Positions 37,960 to 50,364 of a stretch of DNA of 64,000 nucleotides are shown in pieces (the stretch's first letter is position 1; each line of letters opens with the position of its first letter). The DNA comes from Octopus sinensis. Its lineage: Eukaryota. The stretch is from assembly GCF_006345805.1 (NCBI RefSeq), contig NC_042999.1, forward strand, positions 55,056,001-55,120,000. Direction: 5' to 3'. The notes under the pieces are model-generated. The model was not told the origin of the DNA. It saw only the letters and a program-made list of their open reading frames with translations, and did not search any database. Made by a program: the position numbers and the translations under genes.

Positions 37960-38015
37960 TAATAATAATAACAAGAAGAAGAAGAGGAAGAAGAAGAAGA
38001 GGAAGAAGAAGAAGA
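37761..38015. repeat. (TAA)n(GAT)n(GAA)n compound trinucleotide array
   Basis: Direct sequence. Confidence 0.95.
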
Positions 38016-38029
38016 CTGAAATGGTAATC

Positions 38030-40050
38030 GGATAACAAAGATCCCAAACTGGAAATGCCTAGGCCTCGGATGGGGTACAAGGATATTGATTAAAAAGTTT
38101 CCCAGCACTACACAGAAGAATAGTCACGCAAATGGATAAAATGGTCAACAACAACGGGGTGCAAATCCCAAAGAGGCTAATCACAGGTAAAACAATTCTT
38201 TGCCAAAAGGATCCCAGCAAAGGTAATGCAGTGGATAATTCCCGGCCTATCACCTACCTGCCCTTGATGTGGAGGCTGATGACAGGAATAATATATAATT
38301 ATGTTTATAACTTCCTGGAAACGAATGACAAACTACCACTGCAACAGAAAGGGTGCAGAACGAAAAGCCGAGGGGTAAAAGACCAACTTCTGATAGATAA
38401 AATGGTACTGAATGACTGTAAGAAAAGACTTACTAACCTGAGCATGGCGTGGATCGATTATAAGAAAGCGTATGACATGGTCTCCCGTCCCTGGATTTTA
38501 GAAAGTCTTGAGCTGGTACAGATGTCTGATAACATATCAAATTTTATTAGAGGATCAAGGAAAAGCTGGAGTACAGAGTTAACTTCATGTGGAAAAGTTT
38601 GGGAGAGGGTTAACATCAAGAGAGGCATACTTCAAGGAGATAAACATTCACCAATGCTGTTTGTGATTTGTATGACACCCCTCATACAGATACTACGGAA
38701 AGTGACAACGGGGTACACCTTGAAAAGTGGTGGAAAATTTAATAATCTGTTATATATCGATGACTCAAAGATCTTTGGAAAGATTGAACGTGAAATAAAT
38801 GGCCTAGTTTCAACAGTGCAGACATTCAGTAACGATATCGGAATGGAATTTGGGATAAGAAAAAAGGGTGGTATCGTAATAATACAAAGAGGCAAAGTGG
38901 TGTCGTCTGACGGCGTAGAGCAACCCAACGGCGAGAAAATCAAGGATATTGAGACTAATGAATCTGGGAATTTTGGAATATGACAAAATCAAGGAAAGTG
39001 AAATGAAGGAAAGCTTTAGGCGATGGTATCACAGACGAACCAAATTAATTATGGGAAGTACGCTCAGTGGAAATAAACAAGATCAAGGCAATGAACACAT
39101 GGGTTGTTTCGTTAATGCGATACGGTGCAGGTGTTGCAGGTGTTGTTAGCTTGAGGAAATGGACAGGAAAACCAGAAGAGTGAATATAATTAACAAGGAA
39201 CTTACACCCCAAAAGCGATACTGACAGACTGCATGTGCTTAGGAACAGGGGAGGAAGATGCCTCATAGGATGAAATAGCTATTTTGTCAATGAGAAGAAC
39301 AGTCTGGGATGGTACTTCAAACAACAAATAAGGCGGCGAGCTGGCAAAGGCGGCGAGCTGGCAGAAACATTAGCACGCCGGGCGAAATGCGTAGCCGTAT
39401 TTCGTCTGCCGTTACGTTCTGAGTTCAAATTCCGCCGAGGTCGACTTTGCCTTTCATGCTTTTGGGGTCGATTAAATAAGTACCAGTTACGCACTAGGGT
39501 CGATACAATCGACTTAATCCGTTTGTCTGTCCTTGTTTGTCCCCTCTGTGTTTAGCCCCTTGTGGGTAGTGAAGAAATAGGTACTTCAAACAACAGAGTG
39601 AATCCTTGCTTGCCGCTGTTAGAATTAACAATGCAATGCCTACCGAAAATGTGATGCACCCATAAACATTTAAGAAAAAAGATGAAGAAGAAAGTATAAG
39701 CAATTGGAAAATGAAATCACTGCATGGACAATACCTCAGAGAAATCGAAGGAAAAAACAAGGTCAACACTTGGAGATGGCTAAGAAAAAGTGACCTGAAA
39801 GGATACACTGAGGCATTGTTATGTAGCGTCCAGGAACAAGCTCTCAGAACTAATTACACCGAGTTCCAAATAGATAAGAGCAGTGAATTGCCCTTTTGTA
39901 GGATGCGCGCAGCAGAAACGAAACAATCTCACATATAGTGAGTGAGTGTAGCAAGCTGTCCCAAAAGCACTACAAAAAGTAGGAAAGATAACGTGGCTAA
40001 GTTCATCCACTGGATGCTATGTGAAAAGTACGGCCTGAACAGAGCACGGA
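38030..40050 (+). mobile_element. R4/Dong-like RLE LINE: RT and CCHC region, decayed, interrupted by a SINE
   Basis: RPITYLPLMW, QKGCR..GVKDQLLIDK, AWIDYKKAYD, RGILQGD.HSP, LLYIDD, MHGQYLR, QEQALRTN, CRM..VSEC; ends in (TA)n. Confidence 0.93.
39327..39579 (+). mobile_element. SINE family A inserted in the LINE, 16-bp TSD GGTACTTCAAACAACA
   Basis: TSD at 39311-39326 and 39580-39595; the first 17 nt of the head (aaggcggcgagctggca) are duplicated. Confidence 0.93.
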
Positions 40051-40170
40051 AATATATATAGAATATATATATATAATATATATATATATATGCATATAAT
40101 ATTATTTATATATATATATAATATATATATTATATATATATATATATATATTATATATATCTATATATAT

Positions 40171-40218
<48 letters not shown>

Positions 40219-40234
40219 TATATATATATTATAA

Positions 40235-40430
40235 AGTTAATCCAAACAAGAAAGCACAAAAAAACACAACAACGCGAGGACGTGGAACAAATATAGTATT
40301 ATTGGACGCTCAGGAAAGAAGGAGGGTTTAACGTTTCGAGCGGAGCTCTTCGTCGGAAACATAGGAGAAGGAAAGATCCAGAGAAGGGAAGACAGAGGAA
40401 AAAAATCGCCAACGGTACACACATGGTCAC
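40235..40430 (-). mobile_element. ~200-bp hammerhead-bearing element, copy 1 of 4
   Basis: Motif 40326-40360 minus: GTTT-CCGACGA-A-GAGC tcc GCTC-GAAA-CG-TT-AAAC; 3' end ggattaact abuts (TA)n. Confidence 0.85.
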
Positions 40431-40650
40431 GTATTTGTGCGTCTGTGTTTGTCCCCCACCATCGCTTGACGGCCGATATTGGTATGTCTACGTCCCCGTA
40501 ACTTAGTGGTTCGACAATAGGTCCCGATGGAATAAGTGATAGGCTTGCAAAGAATAAGTCCTGGGGTCGATTTGTTCGACTAAAAAGGCGGTGCTCCAAT
40601 ATGACCACAGCCAAATGACTGAAACAAGTAAAAGAGTAAAAGAGAATAAA
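40431..40650 (+). mobile_element. SINE family B, 3' half
   Basis: gtctgtgtttgtcccccaccatcgcttgac..gactgaaacaagtaaaagagtaaaagag. Confidence 0.85.
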
Positions 40651-40785
40651 ATTTAGCTGTTTTTTTTTTTTTGAAACTAGATCAAAGAATCACAAACAGC
40701 TTACATAAGTGCATAAGTAGCTGCGAACCCGTTCGCTAAACGAGCTGATATTTAAGTTAAACGCGAACATATACCATATGCCCAC

Positions 40786-40856
40786 GGGCATATGACGTTG
40801 TGGTTAAGAGCGCGGGCTACTAACCCCAAGATTCTGAGTTCGATTCCAGGCAGTGA

Positions 40857-40913
<57 letters not shown>
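40786..40913 (+). mobile_element. Very short tRNA-like retroposon with (AAT)n tail
   Basis: A-box-like tgacgttgtggttaag, anticodon-like arm GGG-ctactaa-CCC, B-box gagttcgattcc, then gtgacctg(aat)n; the acceptor stem does not pair. Confidence 0.7.
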
Positions 40914-40915
<2 letters not shown>

Positions 40916-41051
40916 TATACACACGCTGACACAGAACCAACGCTGAATACCTTATTCGCAAAATTACCGAATCTGGAACTTAACTATGGTCTGTCTATAG
41001 CTCTCATTCAGCATTACCTGATACCTCTGGGTCTCAATGACACCATTATCT

Positions 41052-41110
<59 letters not shown>

Positions 41111-41248
41111 GTATGTATATATATGTATGTATTTGTGCGTCTGTGTTTGTCCCCCCAATAATAATAATAATAATAACAACAACAACAACAACAATAACAT
41201 CGAAAAATACCTTATGAGTGATAACCCCGTGTTCGAAGTTTCCCCAGC

Positions 41249-41292
41249 ACACCCGATGAAGGCTGAAGGGTATATCAGCCGAAACGTTGTGT
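41249..41292 (+). ncRNA. Minimal type-I hammerhead-like motif (U4C core) in a PLE terminal-repeat-like segment (~41195-41340)
   Basis: ACAC-CCGATGA-A-GGCTG aagggtatat CAGCC-GAAA-CG-TT-GTGT: perfect 5-bp stem II, palindromic stem III ACGT, GUU triplet. Confidence 0.8.
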
Positions 41293-41659
41293 TAACAACA
41301 ACCAAGATGAGGACAAATATCCGTCAAATGTAAATAATGTGCGAACATCTACTTCAATACATTCGTCAATCCATCCATGTATTTTGTTTGAAGGCTGATT
41401 AGATTCACGAATATTCTAGAAAACCATAGATGTGGGATGAGGATTTAGTTAGAAATGGTGTAATGGAAAGTTGAAGATTTTCTTTTAGTGGGAAGCAATA
41501 GGTTTTCATTAAGATGATCTGAAAGTGGGGCAGAATATAAATCTCAGGAAACAGGTTTTAAATTTATTTATTTATTTATTTATTTATTTTAGGAAAGGGG
41601 TTGCTTGAATTTAGATGCGTCATATAAGATGGTGCAACTTACGAGAACTATACACGTAT

Positions 41660-42065
41660 TAAGGCGGCGAGCTGGCAGAAACGTTAGCACGCCGGGCGAA
41701 ATGCTTAGCGGTAATTCGTCTGTCGTTACGTTCTGAGTTCAAATTCCGACGCGCTCGACTTTGCCTTTCATCCTTTCGGCGTCGATAAATTAAGTACCAG
41801 TTACGCACTGGGGTCGATGTAATCGACTTAATCCGTTTGTCTGTCCTTGTTTGTCCTCTCTGTGTTTAGCCCCTTGTGGGTAATAAAGAAATAGGTATTT
41901 CATCTGTCGTTACGTTCTGAGTTGAAATTCCGCCGCGCTCGACTTTGCCTTTCATCCTTTCGGCGTCGATAAATTAAGTACCAGTTGCGTACGGGGGTCA
42001 ATCTAATCGACTGGCTACCTTCCCCCAAAATTGCGGGCCTTGTGCCAAGAGTAGAAAAGAAATAC
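41660..42065 (+). mobile_element. SINE family A, full dimeric copy with 12-bp TSD
   Basis: ctatacacgtat (41648-41659) versus ctatgcacgtat (42066-42077). Confidence 0.92.
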
Positions 42066-43119
42066 CTATGCACGTATACCATGGCTTAGCTGGTCGAAAC
42101 TTCGAAATCACTTTCTACAAGAGCAGTATTCTTGTATAAGAATATATTTGTATTCTACAAAAGTATAGAGTAACCTATGAGATTAATGTAAAATTGTTTT
42201 TATTATAACTGACAACAAAAACAAACATTTATTTAAGTGTGTGTGAATGTACAAGCGCGTATGTGTGTGTACACACACATACATATACATAGTTCGTTGG
42301 TGTATGTAACTCAGGTGTTTGCCTTATTAAGCGCATCCACAGATATTGGCTATCAGACTAAATGGGAAATCGTTTGTTTTGCCAGACTTTGTACGAATAT
42401 CATCTACCGTAGCCTTGGGTTGACGAACGACATTTTGGTAGACAGAAACAGACAAAAAGATTCCAAGAGCTTCTTACCAGTAATCAGGTTCCAGTTCTTA
42501 CAATGGAATAAGTCTGGTAAATGCAACCATGGGCCAAGGTAACGAAAAACAAAATGAGTCATTGACGTACCTCATATCCCTCAATTCTACACTTTGCACC
42601 CCCCCCCACCGCAACACAACCCTAATGCACTCAATTGTACACCACGCCCCAGGCACACTCCACCGCGCTACACCGTACCATTCGAAGTAGACCACAATAC
42701 ATCACCGTACATCATTCAACGCTACATTACGGCGAACCTCACCCCATTATAACCTCATTGCACCACACCTTCGTTGCAGCACCCCTAAACCTCTAATGTC
42801 TAAATCTCAACAATAATGCGTGGGTTTCAAACTGTAAACAAATCTTCTTCAGGTTAGCAAACACAGGTGTAAATGCAAAAACGCGGGATGCAGGTGAGTA
42901 GAATGAGAGGGCGGTGGAGGAGTGAGGTAGGGGTGGAAACGGTGGAGACGGGAGAGTGAGAGAGTGTGAGAGAAGATTGAGTTGGAGAAGAGATTGGGTG
43001 GAGGAGAAGATGGAGGTGTGGGGGAGGTGGAGGTGGAGGTAAGAAGAGAATTCGAGATTGTGATCGCAAAGAGGGAGAAAAAAAACACATCCACTACGCA
43101 ACGCTGTTCACATATACTC

Positions 43120-43535
43120 TTACTCTCTTTTACTTTTTTACTTGTTTCAGTCATTTGACTGCGGCCATGCTGGAGCACCGCCTTTAATCGAGCAACTCGA
43201 CCCCGAGACTTATTCTTTTGTAAGCCCAGTACTTATTCAATCGGTCTCTTTTGCCGAACCGCTAAGTAACGGGGACATAAACACACCAGCATCGGTTGTC
43301 AAGCAATGCTAGGGGGACAAACACAGACGCACAAGCACACACACGCATATATGTATATATACATATATACGACGGGATTCTTTCAGTTTCCGTCTACTAA
43401 ATCCTCTCACAAGGCTTTGGTCGGCCCGAGGCTATAGTAGAAGACACTTGCCCAAGGTGCCACGCAGTGGGACTGAACCCGGAACCATGTGGTTGGTAAA
43501 CAAGCTACTCACCACACAGCCACTCCTGTGCCTAT
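43120..43535 (-). mobile_element. SINE family B, full length
   Basis: Family B pattern; a second 3'-half copy follows at ~43545-43770. Confidence 0.92.
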
Positions 43536-43781
43536 ATATATATTCTTTTATTCTTTTACTTGTTTCAGTCCTTTTATTGCAACCATGCTGGAGCACCGCC
43601 TTTTTATTCGAGCAAATCGACCCCAGGACTTATTCTTTGTAAGTCTAGTACTTATTCTATCGGTATCTCTTTGCCGAACTGCTAGAATACGGGGACGTGA
43701 ACACACCAGCATCGGTTGTCAAGCGATGTTGGGGGTGTGTGTGACAAACACAGACGCACAAACATATACACACATACATTT

Positions 43782-43819
<38 letters not shown>

Positions 43820-44373
43820 GTATGTATGTATGTATGTATGTATGTTGTATGTATGTATGTATGTTGTATGTATGTATGTATGTGTGTGTGTGTATATATA
43901 TATATATATAGATAGATAGATAGTTAGACAGATGAATATTTACATATATACATAAGTATACACCTACATATATATATATGTGCGCACTCATTTATATGTG
44001 TGTGTATGTGTATGAATGTATGTATGTATCGTGTTTTTCCCCATTCAAAGGTTTATATTACACGCTATTATTTAAAGCTGAATTCACTTCGAGATACACC
44101 ACTCAAATGTTTTATATGTGCATGCGCGCATGCGCGCGCGTGTGTTTGTGTGTACGTGTGTGTATGTGTGTACGTGTGTGTCTGTGTGTATGTTGAAGAA
44201 AACACAAAAATTGTTAGTGTAAGTTTCTGGCTTGCGTTCATCAGACGAAAATGAAGAAAATGGAATAAAGTAAACAACGGATTTTTATTGGATGAAGCTT
44301 GGCCACAACTCTGGAAGCGATTGACTCCCTTTGGATAATTTGTATCTGCATTGTGGAAAATATAACCACGTCT

Positions 44374-44813
44374 GGTACTTTTTGGTTATCTCACCGCCAT
44401 TAAAAATTGCCATTAAAAATTGGGTTATCTCCTCACTAAAAGATCGAGTTAATGTGGATTAAAGGAATTATATCCTTTTGATTCAATACTTCAATACATT
44501 GGTGACTCCTTTGGCCTCCTCAATAGGAATGGTAGGATTTGTTATAAAAATATTATCAGGTTCATTAAAATGCTTAGTTTTTTTTCAGTTTCCATGTTTA
44601 TTAATATTTTCAACATTATCAGATTCAAAACGATGTTTCATCTTTTCACTTTTCATGTTCATTAATTTTTTTCTTTTTTTTGTTTTGTTTTGTTTTATTG
44701 AGAGTTAATTTCTCAGCTGAGGGAGATAACCAAAAGTGCCGATATTTCTTGTAAAACAGGGGGAGATAACCCAGCTCAATTTTTTAATGGGGGTGAGATA
44801 ACCAAAAATTACT
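44374..44813. mobile_element. Non-autonomous DNA element with TIR GGTACTTTTTGGTTATCTCAC and subterminal GAGATAAC repeats, copy 1
   Basis: ggtactttttggttatctcaccgccattaaaaa versus tttttaatgggggtgagataaccaaaaattac; second copy at 48029-48963. Confidence 0.85.
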
Positions 44814-45584
44814 CCATGTCTAAAGATCCAATAAAAGTATTATCGGGAGAAAAGAAAATAAGGAAGGTAACTGCAAATAAACGGCCGAGAAGTAGGAGAT
44901 GCTGGAGAAATGACACGATGAAAGAGGAAGATGTGTGTGTGTGCGTGTGTGCGTGCGCGCATGTGTGTGTGTGTGGTAATGATTGTTATAAAGTTATATA
45001 AAGTTATATAACAAAAAATAATTAGAAAATTACTATTTTTAAATCTCACGAGAGATATTCAACAACAGTACTTTGTGGTAAAGATTATTTGCCAATATAA
45101 CATGGCAGCTCTGGTTTAGGACGAATGTTGCTGTAATTTAGCCCAGAAGACATCGTCTCCAGCTGGTTATTCGACACGATCTGTGTCCTTATATTTTTGA
45201 ACAAGGGAATCTAGCATCTCCACTCAGCTCAAAACAATATCAGGTTCTATATATAAATGAAGAGAAATAACTCGGAAATCGCGATACACAGATATTGTTT
45301 TGAGCTAAAGTGGGGGGGGGGCTAGATTCCCAAGGACACAGATCGTGTCGTATAGCCAGCTGGAGACGATATACCCTGGGGCTAAATTACAGCAACATTC
45401 GTCCTGAACCAGAACTGCCATGTTATGTTGGCAAACAATCTTTACTACAAAAAAGAATTACTTTGACACTTTGACAGGTTTCCACCAGTAATTGGCCCAG
45501 GCCATGTCTAACTTAATAGCACCACATTAAATTGAAAGATCGTAGAATAATTCTTTTTAGTAGGGTATCATATCTTTGTTCTTA

Positions 45585-45778
45585 TTTTTCATTTGTTTTA
45601 GTCATTGGACTGCGACCATGCTGGAGTACCACCTTGAAGATTTTTAGACCAAAGAATTAACCCTAAAACTTATTTTTTTAAAAATCATGATACTTATTCC
45701 CTCGGCTTCCTGTTGGCAAACCACTAGCTTACAGGAACGTAAACACACCAACAGTGGTCGTCAATCGGTGGAGAGGAA

Positions 45779-45827
<49 letters not shown>

Positions 45828-45985
45828 ACACACACATATGTATATGATGGACTCCTTTTAGATTCGGTATATCAAATCCATTCACAAGGCTTTGGCCCGG
45901 CCCAAGGCTTTATTAGAAGACACTTGTCAACCTGGAACCACGTGGTCAGGAAGCAAGTTTCTAAGCACACAGCCACACCTGCGCT
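45585..45985 (-). mobile_element. SINE family B, old and decayed
   Basis: gtcattggactgcgaccatgctggag..cacagccacacctgcgc. Confidence 0.8.
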
Positions 45986-47663
45986 GATGTAGAATTTTTT
46001 TGCAGGGAAAAGTTCGACAGCGACTTTTATAGGTTAATGACTGATGTGAAAAATCATTTTCACTATAAATTAATAAATAAAGAGTTATTAGCACTTAAAG
46101 TTTGAAAATTTTGGGTAATTTTAGCCAATCGTAAGCCACAGAGACATTTATACCTGTTCCCATAGTAACAAGCGGAACATAAGAACTCTTTTGTCTGCGA
46201 GAAAGCACGTGTTGACAAATATATATTGAAACCACTTTTTGACAGTGTGTTCGGTTGGAAATTTTACTGCTTGATTATGACAGCAAGCTCCGGTAACCTC
46301 GCTTCTATGATGAAAACACTAAGAACAGGGGAGGATACTGTGTCGTACCTACGAGAAATGGGTGTTATACCCAAAAGTGATTTTGGATAAATTTGTTAAG
46401 TTCGTGCTATCGCGATGCTTAAAACTACAAAAGACGTGTTTACTCTTTTTTGACATAACGTGCTACTTACAGGATGTTGACAAAATGTGTAGTCACGCAC
46501 AAAATGACAGCTTTCAAATCCTGTTTCCTGTCTGGGTGAAAATGATGAAACTTTAAACCTTTATAACATTTTAAAAACGTTTTTCTGGAAAAAGTGAAAT
46601 AACTCCAGCGATTCAGCTTGGAAAAGTATATTAATGTGCCAAATTTCAAAATTTTCGATAAACTTTAATTCTTGAAATGCTGCCAACCAAACCAAATAGA
46701 TTCGTGGCCATCACATATTTGATGGGACGAACAGGGTAAATAGTACGCGATACTCGAAAATATATAATTTTTCAAAATTATAAATCAAAGACCAAGGAAA
46801 TTCGTGTATGGTAGTTATCAGTTTGCTAAGTGCTATACACGAAACTATGACCCATTGAGTCACTTGGGTAACTTTCTGCCGATTTAGAAATAATGTTTGC
46901 GTGTGTTTGTGTGTGTGTGTGTGCGTGCGTGTTTGTATATATGTATATTGTGTGAAGTCGCGTGGCTCAATGGTTAGGTCATTCGTCTCACATGTATAAG
47001 ACCATGAGTTCGATGCCTAGTGGCTTGTGTTCTTAAGCAAGACACTACGCTTATACAAAGTATTTCATAGTTTGAATAAGCGCGCATCTGACCAAAGCCT
47101 TCAAAAATAAATAAATAAATAAATAAATAAAAAACGGCCCCTCATTTGTCGAGAGTCAGAGTCAACAGTGAGTCTGGCTGCCCGGCTGTCTGGCTGACTG
47201 GCCGCTGGATATACAAAAATTGTTTAAAATATATATATATAAAATAAGAAAAGCACCATAACTCGCCCAAATTGTGTAAATTGAACCGGTGTTAAAGGTG
47301 ATACGCCTGACTGGCGTTCAATGACCACAAAGAACATTTCACTTTGACCTGGCGTGAACCCAGTTTCTTCTCTTTCTGCTCATCAAAACCCCATTTATAC
47401 ATGTCTTACCGCATCAAATCAACATTTATGGCGGAAATTTTCTTTTTGTCTCCAGATTTGATTTATTTCATGATTCTGTTATTTATTTTATTTTTTTTTA
47501 AAGAGGCTAATTAAAAAGGATAGAATATTAATTAGAATTATTTTATCTTTTATCTTTTATCTTTTACTCGTTTCAGTAATTAGACTGCGGCCATGCTGGA
47601 GCACTTGAAGAATTTTCTGTCAAATGAATCGAGGCCAGTACGCATTTTTTTGTCTGGTGCTTA

Positions 47664-48028
47664 GGATCTTTTCGGTTTGAACGGCAGTATTTTGTAGCGG
47701 TGTCATATGAAATTGTCACCCCTAATTATGACCCTAGTATCGATCTATTGCATTTCAATCTGTTTTAGGATTAGGGTTAGAGTTAGGGTTAGATAGGGTT
47801 TGGGTTTCTTAAACGAGGGACATATTCATACGGCACAGAATATTTTCACCTCAATAGACGTCCTTGATTGGTTGAAATTGCAGAAATTGAAGACAAAAAA
47901 CAACAACAAATATCTTACAAACTATAGAATTTTCTCAATAAAGCCAAGAGAAAAAGATGTTTTATAAACACATTCTACCAGTATACGAAGTTTAAAAGTG
48001 TTTAGTTATGTGGAAATTATTTTTTAAA
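47664..48028. mobile_element. Putative non-autonomous DNA element containing a short TTAGGG-like tract, right end lost
   Basis: Starts TA|ggatcttttcggtttgaacggcag; ttagggttagagttagggttagatagggtt at ~47771-47800; abuts the next element. Confidence 0.5.
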
Positions 48029-48457
48029 ACTTTTGGTTATCTCACCTCCATTAAAAAATTGCCATTAAAAAAATTGGATTATCTCCCCACTGAAATATTG
48101 GGTTTATGTGACGACAAGAGATTGGATTAAAAGAGTTAGAAGATCCTTTTGATTCAATACTTCAACACATTGGTGACTTTTTTGGCCCCGTCAATAGGAA
48201 TGGCATGGTTTACTCTCTCTCTTTTACTCTTTTACTTGTTTCAGTCATTTGACTGTGGCCATGCTGGAGCACCGCCTTTAGTCGAGTAAATCGACCCCAG
48301 GACTTATTCTTTGTAAGCCTAGTACTTATTCTATCGGTCTATTTTGCCGAACCGCTAAGTTACAGGGACGTAAACACAACAGCATCGGTTGTCAAGCGAG
48401 GTTGGGTGGGGGGGGGGGGGACAAACACAGACACACAAACACAACACAAATATATAT

Positions 48458-48499
<42 letters not shown>

Positions 48500-48963
48500 C
48501 ACACATATATACGACAGGCTTCTTTCAGTTTCCGTCTACTAAATCTACTCACAAGGCTTTGGTCGGCCCGAGGCTATAGTAGAAGACACTTGCCGAAAGT
48601 GCCACGCAGTGGGACTGAACCCGGAACCATGTGGTTGGTAAGCAAGCTACTTACCACACAGCCACTTAAAAAAATATAATCAGATTCAATAAAATGTTTA
48701 GTTTTTTTTTCAGTTTCCATGTTTATTAATCTTTTCAGTTTTGTATGATTTGTCATAAAAATATTATCTGAGTCAAAACGACGTTTCATCTTTTCGTTTT
48801 TCATCTTTATTAATTTTTCAGTTTGTTTTTGTTTTTGTTTTATTGGGGGTTAAACAATTTTTTTAGTTGAGGGAGATAACCAAAAGTACAGATATTTCTC
48901 GTAAAAGGGGGGGGGGGGAGTTACCTCAACTTTTTAATGGGGATGAGATAACCAAAAAGTACC
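48029..48963. mobile_element. GAGATAAC-TIR element copy 2, with nested SINE B (48212-48665, minus)
   Basis: Aligns to 44374-44813 on both sides of the SINE; right end gagataaccaaaaagtacc. Confidence 0.85.
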
Positions 48964-48979
48964 CAAATATTTATACACG

Positions 48980-49400
48980 ATGGGCTTCTTTCAGTTTCCC
49001 CTCTACCAAATCCACTTACAAGGCTTTGGTCAGTTCGAGGCTATAGTAGAAGACACTTGCTTAAGGTACCACGCTTTGGGACTGAACCAGGAACCATGTG
49101 GTTGGGAAGCAAGCTTCTTACCACTCAGCCACCCCTATAGGTTTTCTTTCTTTCTTTCATTACTCTTCTACTCTTCTCCTGTACTTATTTCAATCATTTG
49201 ACTGCGGCCATGCTGGAGCACCGCCTTTAGTCTAGCAAATCGACCCCAAGACTTATTCTTTGTAAGCCTAGTACTTATTCTATCGGTCTCTTTTGCCGAA
49301 CCGTTAAGTTACGGGGACATAAATACATCTTCATCGGTTGTCAAGCAATGTTGGATGGGGGACAAACACACATACATACAAACAAACACACATACATACA
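48980..49400 (-). mobile_element. SINE family B: 5' half (48980-49135) and 3' half of another copy (49170-49400)
   Basis: Family B pattern. Confidence 0.85.
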
Positions 49401-49412
49401 CACACCACACAG

Positions 49413-49462
<50 letters not shown>

Positions 49463-49464
49463 TT

Positions 49465-49663
49465 CAAAATGTGACCTCGATTTTTTTCCTCTGCCTTCCC
49501 TTCTCTGGATCTTTCCTTCTCTTATGTTTCCGACGAAGAGCTCCGCTCGAAACGTTAAAACCTCCTTCTTTCCTTCTTTCCTGAGCGTCCAATATAAACT
49601 ATACTTGTTCCACGTCCTCGTGTTGTTGTGTTTTCTCTTTGTGTTTTCTTGTTTGGATTAACT
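49465..49663 (+). mobile_element. ~200-bp hammerhead-bearing element, copy 2
   Basis: caaaatgtgacc..motif 49526-49561..ggattaact, between (TA)n tracts. Confidence 0.85.
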
Positions 49664-49679
49664 GTATATATCTATATAT

Positions 49680-49732
<53 letters not shown>

Positions 49733-50305
49733 ATATATATTCGGTTTAAAGTAATGGAGATTCACATGAATATGGTCCTTAACTAGGATGCACCGGAAAT
49801 CTATATGTGGTTAACCATACGACAAGTGGGGTGATTACAAATAAGGAAAAAGCAACAAGAAGGGAGCAAATATCGGTACAATTGTACCGATATTTGATCC
49901 ATTCTTTGTTGCTTTTTTCCTATTTATATATTATATGGTTATAGCAGAAGGCAGTTTCCCAAGATGTCACACAGTAGGGCTGAACCCGGAACCATGTGGA
50001 TGGTAAGCCAGCTACTTACCACACAGCCACTCCTGCGCATAATGCATTTTTTTTTAATGAGGCGAATTAAGTGATAAAATAATAATTAGAATTCGTGTAC
50101 AGTACGAAATTTTGCTCTTTATAGAAATAACGGAATAATTGTCGGAGTGGGAGTCGTTTGTATTAAAGAGAATTTGGTGGATGAAAGGAAATGTCGAAGA
50201 TGTGTGAATGGGGTTGGGCGGGAAAGAGAGAAGATTATCTCCATAATTATACACACTCACTCATGGATGTGAGCATACGCACGCTAATATGGACACTTTC
50301 ACAGA

Positions 50306-50364
<59 letters not shown>

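Noticed and set aside
37121-40050. Minus RLE piece and plus RT piece as one 5'-inverted R4 element
   Set aside because: The region they share (LCQHYGITTEKR versus LCEKYGLNRARK) is clearly divergent, so they are different subfamilies.
40786-40860. Possible functional tRNA gene (also the heads of SINE families A-D)
   Set aside because: A/B boxes are present but acceptor stems do not pair, there is no T-run terminator, and they continue into SINE bodies or repeat tails.
42478-42513. 36-bp minus-strand micro-exon candidate (cag|..ACTG|gtaaga, DLFHCKNWNLITG, phase 1-1)
   Set aside because: Splice signals are plausible, but such short matches are expected by chance in 64 kb and there is no independent support.
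46020-46880. CpG-containing block that looks like a DNA-transposon-derived repeat
   Set aside because: No TIR pair, ORF motif or second copy identifiable within the window.
47771-47806. Telomere or chromosome end
   Set aside because: Only about five degenerate units, internal to a repeat-like element.
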